From Candidatus Aminicenantes bacterium (GTDB lineage Bacteria > Acidobacteriota > Aminicenantia > UBA2199), in assembly GCA_029938635.1 (NCBI GenBank), contig JAOZUQ010000001.1, positions 101,070 through 165,069 on the forward strand: 64,000 nucleotides of DNA. Direction: 5' to 3'. A program made the position numbers and the translations under genes. This document shows positions 39,134 to 48,984 of the stretch, in pieces (positions within the stretch are counted from its first letter, which is position 1; the number at the start of each line of letters is the position of its first letter). The notes beneath the pieces are model-generated. The model made no database searches. It saw only the letters and a list, made by a program, of their open reading frames with translations, and was not told where the DNA came from.

Positions 39134-39841
39134 TCAGATAGAATTTTCTACTATTTTCACCTTCAGGCGGGAGAGATATTCCGTTATCTTGATATCCTTG
39201 GGACATGCTTCCATACAATTGAAAATAGTATGACATCTCCATATCCCATTCTTATCATTTACTATATCCATCCTGTCATTTGCCCCGTCATCCCTGGTAT
39301 CAAAGATGAATCTATACGCCCTGAGCAAAGCTGCGGGTCCCAGATAATCTTCATTCCCCCACAGGCTCGGGCAGGATGAGGTACAGGCTCCACAGAGAAT
39401 ACACGTCACCGATTCTCTGATGTGTTCAAATTCCTCTGGAGATTGTGTAAATTCCTTGTCCGGAAGAGGTTTGTCAACAATCAGATAAGGTTTCACCTTT
39501 TTTAATTTTTCAAAGAAAAGATCCATATCAACTACCAGATCTTTAATTATTGAAAATCCGGGAAGCGGTTCGATCTTTATTTTCCCTTTGAACTTGTGAA
39601 TAGGTGTCTCACATGCAAGAATATTCTGGCCGTTCACCTTCATTGCGCAGGAACCGCAAATTGCGCTTCTGCAAGATCTCCGGTATGCTAGCGAACCATC
39701 AATCTTCCAGTGGATTTCATTCAGAACATCGAGAATTGTGGAATCAGAATCATATTCACCTGTATAATCAACCCAATGCGGTTTTTTATCATTTGCTGGA
39801 TCGTATCTTAAAATTTTTATTACTCTTTTCTCTTTTGACAT
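39134..39841 (-). CDS. sdhB: Succinate dehydrogenase Fe-S subunit
   Basis: SCRSAICGSCAM, CILCGACTSSCP, CHTIFNCMEACP. Confidence 0.95.
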   Translation of the reverse strand: MSKEKRVIKILRYDPANDKKPHWVDYTGEYDSDSTILDVLNEIHWKIDGSLAYRRSCRSAICGSCAMKVNGQNILACETPIHKFKGKIKIEPLPGFSIIKDLVVDMDLFFEKLKKVKPYLIVDKPLPDKEFTQSPEEFEHIRESVTCILCGACTSSCPSLWGNEDYLGPAALLRAYRFIFDTRDDGANDRMDIVNDKNGIWRCHTIFNCMEACPKDIKITEYLSRLKVKIVENSI

Positions 39842-39852
39842 CTGATAGCTCC

Positions 39853-41589
39853 TTAATATTTTCTTTCAAGCGGCGGGAATCTGTCCATGTAAATGATCGC
39901 TTTTCTTGTATGATCAAGCTTTACACCCTTAGCTGTTTTCCATGCAAAAGTATGCTTCATCCATTTCTTGTCATCACGTTTCGGATGATCTGTCCTGAAG
40001 TGAGCGCCTCTCGATTCTTTCCTCGCAATTGCTCCTTCGATCATAACCTCTGAAAAACTCAAAAGATTTCCGACCTCGAATGCTTCGAAAAGATCCATAT
40101 TGTAAGCATCACCCTTATCATCAATTGTAACCTTTTTATATCTTGCCTGAAGCTCTTTGATGACCTTCATGAGTTTCTTCATATCCTTCTCATTCCTGTA
40201 AACTCCGGCATACTTAGTCATATTCTCCTGAAGTTCTTCTTTGAGAACTGAATGGCGCTCCTTCCCCTTTCCTTCCATTAATGCCGATACTTTCCCTCTG
40301 GCATTATCGGTTTCATTTGCAGGAAGATTTTCCAGCCCGTTATTTTTCACGAATTCAGACATTGAGGTCCCTGCGACTCTTCCGAATGTCGCTGCTTCCT
40401 GTAGAGAATTTGTCCCGAGTCTGTTTGCACCATGAAGAGACAGGCATGAGGTCTCGCCTGCAGTATAAAGGCCGACAACAATGTCACCCTTCGGATTTTT
40501 CAAAACTTCGGTGTTTATATTTGCCGGAATTCCGCCCATCGAATAGTGTGCTGTCGGTTGAATGGGAACCGGCTCATTGATCATATCAACCTTAAGATAG
40601 TTAATAGCAAGATCTCTTACCTGAGGTAATCTTTTTATGATCTTCTCTTCACCAAGATGCCTCATGTCGAGGTAAACGTAATCATCTCCATTACCCCCAC
40701 GGCCTTCATTTATTTCCGTCTGTTCAGATCTGGAGACAACATCTCTCGGTGCGAGCTCCATTTTTTCTTTTGCATATTTTTCCATGAACCTTTCGCCTTT
40801 TCCGTTAGTAAGATAACCACCTTCTCCACGACAGGCCTCAGACATCAATATTCCATGTTTAAAAAGACCGGTAGGATGGAATTGGACAAACTCCATATCT
40901 TCGAGAGGAAGTCCGTTCTCAAGGATCAGGCCGAGGCTGTCTCCTGTATTGGCATGGGCATTGGAAGTAACCTTAAATGCCCTTCCGTATCCCCCGGTAG
41001 CAAGAAGGACAGCTTTTGCATGAAACGTATGGAGCCCTCCGTTTCTGATATCCCAGGCAACAACCCCTCTTGAAATATTCTTTTCCACCAGTAGTGAGAA
41101 AACCTGGAACTCATTATAAAAATGGACATTGTATTTGAGACATTGTTCATATAATGTGTGAAGGAGAACATGCCCGGTTATATCTGCCGAAAAGCATGCC
41201 CTCGGCTTCTGATGGCCACCGAAAGCCCTCTGGTTTATCCTTCCATCCTCGGTTCTGGAGAAAGGAACACCCATATGTTCAAATTCATAAACAGTTTTTT
41301 TTGCTTCACTGACGAAAAATTCGATTATATTCTGATCACCGAGCCAGTCACTCCCCTTTACTGTATCAAACATATGTAATTCTTCTGAATCATCTGTAGT
41401 ATTTGCCAGGGATGCCGCAATCCCTCCCTGAGCCGCACCCGAATGTGACCTTGTCGGATACACTTTTGTAAGAACAGCTACTTCATGTCCATCCCTTGCA
41501 AGTTCCAGAGCTGCTCTCAGACCAGCCAGTCCGGCACCAACAACAATTGCATCCATCCTGTGATATTTTTTTGCTTCTTCTATGTTCAT
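39853..41589 (-). CDS. sdhA: Succinate dehydrogenase flavoprotein subunit
   Basis: [16 protein letters not shown] (covalent FAD His), [23 protein letters not shown]. Confidence 0.96.
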   Translation of the reverse strand: MNIEEAKKYHRMDAIVVGAGLAGLRAALELARDGHEVAVLTKVYPTRSHSGAAQGGIAASLANTTDDSEELHMFDTVKGSDWLGDQNIIEFFVSEAKKTVYEFEHMGVPFSRTEDGRINQRAFGGHQKPRACFSADITGHVLLHTLYEQCLKYNVHFYNEFQVFSLLVEKNISRGVVAWDIRNGGLHTFHAKAVLLATGGYGRAFKVTSNAHANTGDSLGLILENGLPLEDMEFVQFHPTGLFKHGILMSEACRGEGGYLTNGKGERFMEKYAKEKMELAPRDVVSRSEQTEINEGRGGNGDDYVYLDMRHLGEEKIIKRLPQVRDLAINYLKVDMINEPVPIQPTAHYSMGGIPANINTEVLKNPKGDIVVGLYTAGETSCLSLHGANRLGTNSLQEAATFGRVAGTSMSEFVKNNGLENLPANETDNARGKVSALMEGKGKERHSVLKEELQENMTKYAGVYRNEKDMKKLMKVIKELQARYKKVTIDDKGDAYNMDLFEAFEVGNLLSFSEVMIEGAIARKESRGAHFRTDHPKRDDKKWMKHTFAWKTAKGVKLDHTRKAIIYMDRFPPLERKY

Positions 41590-41951
41590 AATTTCGCTCC
41601 AGCTTTAAAAATGGTAAGCATCCCGACGAACATCAGGATGACTCCGAGCATTACCAGAACAGAAAACACAAATATCCTGGTGCCCTTCTTCTTCATATAA
41701 TCTTCCGCAACCATCCATATCCCGTTGATCCCGTGATACAAAGCCGTTAAAAGAAAGAGAAATTGTATCAGATTGAACCAGGGTGCTTTCATCTTTTCAA
41801 TTATATCTACATACTTTACTACCCCATGCCCAATAAAATGGTAAGTCACATAATGTGCCATCAGTAGTACGAATAATACGACAGCCGAGAGTCTCTGAAA
41901 CAACCAGATGATCCCGCCGCTTTTTGAAGTTTCTTTAAAATTCTTGTCCAT
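41586..41951 (-). CDS. sdhD: Succinate dehydrogenase membrane anchor
   Basis: [22 protein letters not shown]; 3 TM. Confidence 0.88.
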   Translation of the reverse strand: MDKNFKETSKSGGIIWLFQRLSAVVLFVLLMAHYVTYHFIGHGVVKYVDIIEKMKAPWFNLIQFLFLLTALYHGINGIWMVAEDYMKKKGTRIFVFSVLVMLGVILMFVGMLTIFKAGAKL

Positions 41952-41960
41952 TACATCCTC

Positions 41961-42332
41961 CTACATGTGGGAAATGATCAAGTATCCACCGGCAACCCAG
42001 AGTGCAAATGCAATAAAGATCATTATGTAAAAAAGTTTTTTATGATTAAGTGATCCTTTCCAGAAGTCAACAATTACAACCCTTATACCGTTGAAAGCAT
42101 GAAATAATATAACTCCCCACAGCCCTATCTCCAGCAATTTAAACAAAGGGGATGCAAGAACTCCCATCACCCTGTTGAAACCTTCCGGCCCTTTTGAAAT
42201 AGTGCTGATAACCCATATGTGAGCTGAAAGATAAAAAATAAGAGCAAGGCCTGAAAGACGATGAAGTATCCATGCCCAGGACCCTGTGAATTTGTAATAA
42301 CTTAGATCAAAGAACTTTTTATCCTTGTACAA
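41961..42332 (-). CDS. sdhC: Succinate dehydrogenase cytochrome b subunit
   Basis: WILHRLSG, AHIW, FHAFNGIR; TTG start behind SD GGAGGAGG. Confidence 0.9.
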   Translation of the reverse strand: MYKDKKFFDLSYYKFTGSWAWILHRLSGLALIFYLSAHIWVISTISKGPEGFNRVMGVLASPLFKLLEIGLWGVILFHAFNGIRVVIVDFWKGSLNHKKLFYIMIFIAFALWVAGGYLIISHM

Positions 42333-42437
42333 TTTTGCCTCCTCCGTACAGAATTATGATTTTTAATTCTAATACGTAGAAGTACTTACTTCAACAAAAA
42401 AATTGATTTTTTTTTGAAAAAGGACTAACCTTTGGAA

Positions 42438-43595
42438 ATGGATGAAAGGGAGAAATACAAAAGCAATTTCAAAGCACCTGAATTCCTGGCATTCGATCGT
42501 CTGATCAAAGATAATCAGTGGTTGATCAAAATCAGATTCTTTTACACCATTTTCGTTTCTGTCTTCTTCATAATACTCAATCTTGCAAATGAGACCGACA
42601 CGGTCAGGCTCAGAGACCTCTCATTGCTCCTCAGTCTGATGGTGATCGGTAATATCCTTTTCAATATAACCCTAAAGAAAGTGATAAGAAAGAAACTTGA
42701 GAACCTGGATTACAAAAGCCTCCAGTCACTTGCAACCGTCCAGATTGATTTTGATTTTGTTCTCCTGTCAATAATTGTCTTCATTTCAGGAGGTGTGAAC
42801 AGCCCTGTCATGATCCTGTACATCTTCTACATTATGATATCCACATTTATTGTGACCCATGATAAAGCCATCAGGAATACTTCAATAGCAATAATTCTGG
42901 TATCTTTAATATTTTTTATAGACAACTCATTCGAGATCAAACAAAGGCTTCCGGTCATGATCTCATATGATTTAATCCTGCTGCTCGCATTTTTTATCTC
43001 CTCCCATCTTTCACTGAACCTTAGAGAGAACAGGGAGATACTCCAGGAACTCCTGAAGAAAACAAGAGACCTCTCGATCAGGGACGGCCTGACAGGCCTT
43101 TTAAATCAGACCCATTTTTTCCAGATGATGGAGGATCACCTGAAAAAAGCGAAAAGATATAACGAAGTGTTCTCCGTCCTTTTATTCGATATAGATAATT
43201 TCAAGAACTATAATGATAACAATGGACATATTAACGGTTCCAGCGTGATAAGAAGGATCGGTCATATTGTCACAGATACTTTCAGGACTTTCGATATCTC
43301 AGCCAGATATGGTGGTGATGAATATGTTATCTTTCTCCCCAACACTGACAAAATAGGATCGTTTCTGGCAGGGGACAGGCTGAGGGAAAGAATTGAAAGA
43401 TCAAAATTCCCGGGAATGGAGAAGCAGCCGCAAGGGAGCGTAACGATCTCCATGGGGATATCATCTTTCCCCGAGGATGGTGAAACCAGAGAAGAGGTCC
43501 TCAATATGGCAGACAAGGCACTCTATTATTCCAAAGAGAATGGGAAGAACCGGGTAACTTTGTTTAAAAAAGAGATCCTTACCGGAGAAGAGTGA
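42438..43595 (+). CDS. Membrane-bound diguanylate cyclase
   Basis: About 6 TM; DGLTGLLN, DIDNFK..ND, RTFD (RxxD I-site) before RYGGDEY; start revised to ATG 42438. Confidence 0.88.
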   Translation: MDEREKYKSNFKAPEFLAFDRLIKDNQWLIKIRFFYTIFVSVFFIILNLANETDTVRLRDLSLLLSLMVIGNILFNITLKKVIRKKLENLDYKSLQSLATVQIDFDFVLLSIIVFISGGVNSPVMILYIFYIMISTFIVTHDKAIRNTSIAIILVSLIFFIDNSFEIKQRLPVMISYDLILLLAFFISSHLSLNLRENREILQELLKKTRDLSIRDGLTGLLNQTHFFQMMEDHLKKAKRYNEVFSVLLFDIDNFKNYNDNNGHINGSSVIRRIGHIVTDTFRTFDISARYGGDEYVIFLPNTDKIGSFLAGDRLRERIERSKFPGMEKQPQGSVTISMGISSFPEDGETREEVLNMADKALYYSKENGKNRVTLFKKEILTGEE

Positions 43596-43617
43596 CCCCC
43601 GTTTCTCCGCTTTATAA

Positions 43618-43646
43618 TTGACATTTTTTACATATTATTATAAACT
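43618..43646 (+). promoter_or_regulatory. Sigma-70 promoter of the hrcA operon (probably leaderless)
   Basis: TTGACA-17 nt-TAAACT, 7 nt before ATG 43654. Confidence 0.65.
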
Positions 43647-43653
43647 TTCCAGT

Positions 43654-44673
43654 ATGTGGATTAGCAAAAGAGATACGGAAATACTGGCTACACTGGTTAA
43701 TTTATACAGTAATACCAGACTTCCGGTCAGTTCTGCACAATTATCAGGCTATCTCCCTTTCTCCTGCTCCCTTATAAGAAAAGAGCTGCAGAAACTTGAA
43801 GCAAACGGACTCATAGAGAAGAGCAGCAGCTCTTCAGGAAGAACACCATCCGACAGAGGTATTAAGATGTATCTGAGAGGGCTTGATAAAATGGTCGAAA
43901 CCGGCCCTCTCTCTCCGGAATTTCTGAAGGCAACCGGAAAGGACTTCAGTGACCTCTCCACAAAAAGTGCCGATCTCCTTTCACGGGAGTCAGATCATAT
44001 AGGCTTTGTTTATTTTGATTCTATTTTCGATCTTGAGTTTAAAAGCTTAAAACTGATAAAGATCGATTCATATAAAATAATGATGATCCTGAGAGGAAGC
44101 AACCAGTGGATATTTTCAAAAATCTTTATAACAAACAGGAATTATTCAGAAGCTGAACTAAAAAACTGGGAGCAGATTCTGAACAAAGAGTTCTCACACC
44201 GTTCCCTGAACAGGGTTTTTAAGATAATAAGGAACAGGCTTTTCAAGGACAAGGAAAGGTATATAAATGTTTACCGGGGTATCTATAATCTCCTCGGGAC
44301 TGAGGACCTTATGACTGCCGATCTTTTCTACAACGGCACTCTGAACCTTCTCAACTCCCGTGTGACAGATACAGAGACCCTGAAAAAAATAATCCGCACA
44401 CTCGAGGAAAAAGAGAGATTTGCAAAGTTCCTCAAGGATATTCTGAACGAAAAGGACAGGAATCCGGTTATCGCATTCGGAGGGGAGTCGGGTATATCTG
44501 AATTTGAAGAGCTTATTCTGATAATTTCAAACTTTTACTGGTCGGAAAACCCAATAGGGAAACTGGGTATAATCGGCCCTAAATTTACAAGATACTCTGA
44601 AACTATAAACAGGGTAAAACATTTTTCAAGTCATATTAGTACAATATTGTCTGAAAACCCCATGGAGGCATAA
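43654..44673 (+). CDS. hrcA: Heat-inducible repressor HrcA (divergent)
   Basis: wHTH PVSS..L...IR.EL..LE..G...SGRTP; C-terminal GKLGIIGP; precedes grpE. Confidence 0.8.
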   Translation: MWISKRDTEILATLVNLYSNTRLPVSSAQLSGYLPFSCSLIRKELQKLEANGLIEKSSSSSGRTPSDRGIKMYLRGLDKMVETGPLSPEFLKATGKDFSDLSTKSADLLSRESDHIGFVYFDSIFDLEFKSLKLIKIDSYKIMMILRGSNQWIFSKIFITNRNYSEAELKNWEQILNKEFSHRSLNRVFKIIRNRLFKDKERYINVYRGIYNLLGTEDLMTADLFYNGTLNLLNSRVTDTETLKKIIRTLEEKERFAKFLKDILNEKDRNPVIAFGGESGISEFEELILIISNFYWSENPIGKLGIIGPKFTRYSETINRVKHFSSHISTILSENPMEA

Positions 44674-45315
44674 ATGAGTGTTGATGATAATGAACTGGAT
44701 ATTGGTTATGTTCCTGATGACCCTGATTTCGGGAAAGATGAGAGAGTTCAGAAGAAACCAGTTGAAAAGAGAGTAGATCAAAAGAAAAAAGCCCAGGTAA
44801 GAAAATCCATCGCCAAACTGAAGGTTCAGGAAAAGGTCATTGAGAAACTAACCACCGAAAGGGATGAGTTTAAAGATAAGTTTCTTCGGAATATGGCAGA
44901 AATAGATAATTTCAGAAAGAGGGTAAAAAAAGAGAAAGAAGAACATCAAAAATATGCTTTGGGAGATTTTCTCAAAGAGCTTTTAGTAATAACCGACAAC
45001 CTTGAGAGAGCCCTGAAGGTCAAAGATGGCGAATCCAGGGAAAATTCGATAGTTTCCGGTGTCGAAATGATCTACAGGCAATTAATAGAAATACTGAACA
45101 AGAATGGAGTGAAAGAGATCGAAGCAATGAACACACCCTTTGATCCCAATATTCACCAGGCTCTTTCCAAAGAAGAGGCTGATTTTGTCTCAGGACCAAC
45201 AATAGTAGAAGTTTATCAGAAAGGATTCACGTATAACGACAAATTGCTGAGGCCGACTCTGGCCAAAGTTGCAATTCCGCCGGAACCGATTATCCAGACC
45301 GATACTCAGGAATAA
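44674..45315 (+). CDS. grpE: Nucleotide exchange factor GrpE
   Basis: AEIDNFRKR, DNLERAL, FDPNIHQA, QKGF...LLRP. Confidence 0.95.
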   Translation: MSVDDNELDIGYVPDDPDFGKDERVQKKPVEKRVDQKKKAQVRKSIAKLKVQEKVIEKLTTERDEFKDKFLRNMAEIDNFRKRVKKEKEEHQKYALGDFLKELLVITDNLERALKVKDGESRENSIVSGVEMIYRQLIEILNKNGVKEIEAMNTPFDPNIHQALSKEEADFVSGPTIVEVYQKGFTYNDKLLRPTLAKVAIPPEPIIQTDTQE

Positions 45316-45319
45316 AAAA

Positions 45320-47134
45320 ATGGCTAAAAATATCGGGATTGATCTTGGTACAACAAATTCATGTATTAGTTTCTTCGAAGGTTCAGTACCTGAGATCATC
45401 CCAAATCCGGAAGGATCAAGGGTCATTCCCTCTATAATATCGCTCAATAAAAACAAAAAACCGATCTTCGGCAATATCGCAAAGAGACAATTCCTTTCAG
45501 ACCCTGAAAATACGATCTGGGGAGTTAAGAGGATCATAGGGAGAAAATTCGATTCTCCGGAGATCGACAAGATAAGAAGCACAGCTGCTTATAACATTGT
45601 TGAAGCTGAAAACGGTGATGCCCATATAGATTTCAACGGAGAGATCTGCACTCCGGAGGAGATCTCTGCAATGTTCCTGAGGTACCTGAAGGGGATAGCA
45701 GAAGATTACCTTGGTGAAAATGTGGGAAAGGTTGTTATCACGGTTCCGGCATTTTTTAATGATGCACAACGATTGGCAACCAAGAACGCCGGTGAAATAG
45801 CCGGACTTGAAATTTCCAGGATCATCAACGAGCCGACATCTGCACTTATCGCATACAGGGACAAGATTAATAAAGATGGCTATTATGCCGTTTATGACCT
45901 TGGGGGCGGTACTTTTGATATTTCTATCATAGAAGTCAAAGATGAGATATTCAAGGTAGTATCAACTCTGGGAGACACTTTCCTCGGAGGAAATGATTTT
46001 GATGCTACTGTTTCGGACTGGATCCTCTCAGAGATCAAAAAGGAGATAAACACTGACCTTTCCGGCAATATGGACAGCATGCAGAGGATAACCCAGGCGG
46101 CCGAGAAAGCAAAGATCGAACTATCTTTTAACTCGGAAACACAAATATCCATCCCTTACCTCTTCCACTCAAAGAAGGGGGGGAATTACCATTTCCAGAA
46201 AAATCTGGACAGAGAAAAACTTGAACTACTTACATCGAAACTGGTGGCAAAGACTATAAAACTTGTCAAGGATTCTATGGGTGAGATCGATCTGGAACCT
46301 GACCAGATTGAAAAAGTACTTCTTGTCGGAGGCCAGAGCAGAATGCCGATGGTCTCCCGTTTTCTGACCGAACTTTTCTCAAAAGAGCCAAAATTCGATC
46401 TGAATCCGGAGGAGGTTGTTTCTATCGGTGCAGCAATGCAGTCCGAACTTCTGCATGGAAGGATAAGAGACCTGTTACTCCTGGATGTTACCCCTTTGTC
46501 CCTCGGGCTTGAAACAAAGGGAGATAAATTTACGAAACTTATTGACAAGAATTCTTCAATACCGATAAAGAAATCGATGATATTCACCACAATAAGCGAT
46601 AACCAGCAGACAGTTAAAATTCACATCCTTCAGGGAGAGAGAGAGATCGCATCTGAAAATAAGCCTCTCGGAGACTTTAACCTGATCGGGATCCCGCTAT
46701 CTCCGAAAGGGTTACCGCAGATCGAAGTAACATTCGAGATAGATGCAAACGGCTTGGTCAAAGTATCAGCAATTGACCTGCAAACCGGATTATCACAGAG
46801 CATGAATGTTCTGCCTGCAAGCGGATTATCACCTGAGAAAATAAAACAATTGATCGAGGAAGCAAAAGAGTTTGAGATAAAGGACCGGGAAACTATCAGA
46901 CTTAACCAGACTGTCGCTAATATTGAAGAAGAAAAAGAGACAATAAAATTCTTCATGGAGCGGTATGAAGACAAGCTTACCGAAAAAGAGATCGGGGAGA
47001 TCGATATCCTGATGACCCAGATAGAAGAGGTCCTGGAGGAAAAGGACATCCCAACAATGACCGGTATGCTGATGAAAACTATTGATATCAGAAAAAGAAT
47101 AAACAACCTGCTCATATCTGATTTTGAGGAATAA
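45320..47134 (+). CDS. dnaK: Hsp70/DnaK chaperone (divergent)
   Basis: GIDLGTTNS, TVPAFFNDAQR, DLGGGTFD, LVGGQSRMP, DLLLLDVTPLSLG; start revised to ATG 45320. Confidence 0.88.
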   Translation: MAKNIGIDLGTTNSCISFFEGSVPEIIPNPEGSRVIPSIISLNKNKKPIFGNIAKRQFLSDPENTIWGVKRIIGRKFDSPEIDKIRSTAAYNIVEAENGDAHIDFNGEICTPEEISAMFLRYLKGIAEDYLGENVGKVVITVPAFFNDAQRLATKNAGEIAGLEISRIINEPTSALIAYRDKINKDGYYAVYDLGGGTFDISIIEVKDEIFKVVSTLGDTFLGGNDFDATVSDWILSEIKKEINTDLSGNMDSMQRITQAAEKAKIELSFNSETQISIPYLFHSKKGGNYHFQKNLDREKLELLTSKLVAKTIKLVKDSMGEIDLEPDQIEKVLLVGGQSRMPMVSRFLTELFSKEPKFDLNPEEVVSIGAAMQSELLHGRIRDLLLLDVTPLSLGLETKGDKFTKLIDKNSSIPIKKSMIFTTISDNQQTVKIHILQGEREIASENKPLGDFNLIGIPLSPKGLPQIEVTFEIDANGLVKVSAIDLQTGLSQSMNVLPASGLSPEKIKQLIEEAKEFEIKDRETIRLNQTVANIEEEKETIKFFMERYEDKLTEKEIGEIDILMTQIEEVLEEKDIPTMTGMLMKTIDIRKRINNLLISDFEE

Positions 47135-47135
47135 A

Positions 47136-48248
47136 ATGGCAAAAAGGGATTATTATGAAGTTCTGGGAGTATCGAAAAATTCAACCCAGGCAGAGATAAA
47201 AAAAAAATATCGACAGATAGCAATGAAATACCACCCCGACAGGAATCAGGATGATAAAGATGCTGAGGAAACGTTTAAAGAGGCATCAGAAGCATATTCT
47301 GTCCTCGGAAACGAAGAGAAAAAACTTAAATATGATCAATTCGGATTCAATGGCCTCAACTCACAAGGGCAGGGATTTTCTGATTTTTCTTTCTTCTCCG
47401 ATTCGATATTTTCAGATTTTGAAGATATTCTGGGAGATGTTTTCGGTTTTGGAAGCAGGTCCTCTTCAAGGAACAGGCAGAACATGCCGAGAAGAGGTGC
47501 GGATATCGGTGTTGAGACTACCATAACTCTTGAAGACTCATTCCACGGGATCGAAAAAGAGATAGCAATAGAGCGTGAAGTTAGTTGTTCGGCCTGCAAC
47601 GGTTCCGGAAGTGAGCCCGGCACTTCACCTGAGACCTGCAAACAATGCGGCGGCCAGGGAAATGTGAGAAGAAGTCAGGGTTTCTTTTCCATCTCAACAC
47701 CTTGCCATGCATGCAGGGGGAAAGGGACGATAATTGTCCACCCATGCAATACATGTTCCGGGACAGGCCGTGAAAAGATGGAAAAAGATATTAAGATCAA
47801 TATACCTGCAGGAGTCGATAGTGGAAACAGGCTGAGAATTTCCGACGAAGGCGATGGCGGCCATATGAACGGAAGGGCCGGGGACCTCTATATTCTCATA
47901 AACGTTAAGAATGATGAAAATTTCAGCAGAGAGGGGTTGGACCTCATATACGATATGGAAATAACTTTTTCCCAGGCTGCACTCGGTGAAGATATATCTA
48001 TTAATGCATTTCACGGAAAAGAAAAAATAAAGATCCCGGCCGAAATCCAGAGCGGGAAGATCATGAAGATCAAGAATAAAGGGTTTAAAAATCTAAATGG
48101 CTGGGGAAAGGGAGATCTTCTGATAGTGATAAACGTAAAAACCCCGACAAAACTTTCAAAAAAGGAGAAAGAACTTTTCAGGGAACTGAAAAAGATCGAA
48201 ACGGCAAAGAAAACCGGATCTGAAAAGAAGAATCCCCTGTCCAACTGA
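47136..48248 (+). CDS. dnaJ: Chaperone DnaJ (class A)
   Basis: J domain with HPD, G/F region, four CxxCxGxG motifs. Confidence 0.95.
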   Translation: MAKRDYYEVLGVSKNSTQAEIKKKYRQIAMKYHPDRNQDDKDAEETFKEASEAYSVLGNEEKKLKYDQFGFNGLNSQGQGFSDFSFFSDSIFSDFEDILGDVFGFGSRSSSRNRQNMPRRGADIGVETTITLEDSFHGIEKEIAIEREVSCSACNGSGSEPGTSPETCKQCGGQGNVRRSQGFFSISTPCHACRGKGTIIVHPCNTCSGTGREKMEKDIKINIPAGVDSGNRLRISDEGDGGHMNGRAGDLYILINVKNDENFSREGLDLIYDMEITFSQAALGEDISINAFHGKEKIKIPAEIQSGKIMKIKNKGFKNLNGWGKGDLLIVINVKTPTKLSKKEKELFRELKKIETAKKTGSEKKNPLSN

Positions 48249-48946
48249 TGAGACCCAGAAGGTTCTATTCAGATAAAAAGTCTGTGTCGGGACATATCGA
48301 GATAGTATCTGATGAGCTTTTCCACCTTCGCAAAGTTCTGAGAAGCAAGCCCGGAGATCCTGTAGAAGTATTTAACGGGCAAGGGACACTTTTTTCGGGA
48401 AAGATCGAAACCATAGGAAAGTCAAAGGCAATTGTAAAGATCGAAAAAGAGATAGTTAAAGAGAGACCTCCGGTAAATATCATGATCGCACCTTCCCTGC
48501 TGAAAAAAAAACCGATGAGCCTGATGATAGAAAAACTTACCGAGATGGGAGTTGATGAGATACGCCCTGTAATCTTTTCCAGGACGGAAGCAGCACTAAG
48601 TGAATCATCCATAAAAAAATGGGAAAAACTTGCAATAGAGTCACTTAAGGTCAACGACAATCTGTGGGCGACCAGGATCTATCCCCCATGTAAAATGGAG
48701 GAAATTATTAGCGGATCTGAAAACATTAAAAATAGAATACTTCTGGACATAGAGGGGGAAAAAGTAACTATAAAAGATGAAGGCCCTTTCCTCTGTGTTG
48801 TAGGCCCCCCGGGAGATTTCACAAATGAAGAGAGGGAAATGTTTATTAACTCGGGATTTACACCTGTAAATATAAATGATTCTGTTTTGAAAGTGGAGAC
48901 TGCAGCTTTTTCTGCAGTTTCAATATTGAAATATTTAACAAGATAG
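48248..48946 (+). CDS. rsmE: 16S rRNA m3U1498 methyltransferase
   Basis: HLRKVLR, EKLTEMGV, VGPPGDF, LKVETA. Confidence 0.9.
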   Translation: MRPRRFYSDKKSVSGHIEIVSDELFHLRKVLRSKPGDPVEVFNGQGTLFSGKIETIGKSKAIVKIEKEIVKERPPVNIMIAPSLLKKKPMSLMIEKLTEMGVDEIRPVIFSRTEAALSESSIKKWEKLAIESLKVNDNLWATRIYPPCKMEEIISGSENIKNRILLDIEGEKVTIKDEGPFLCVVGPPGDFTNEEREMFINSGFTPVNINDSVLKVETAAFSAVSILKYLTR

Positions 48947-48984
48947 AGATAATATATATATACTTGTAACTGGAGGAAAACCAA

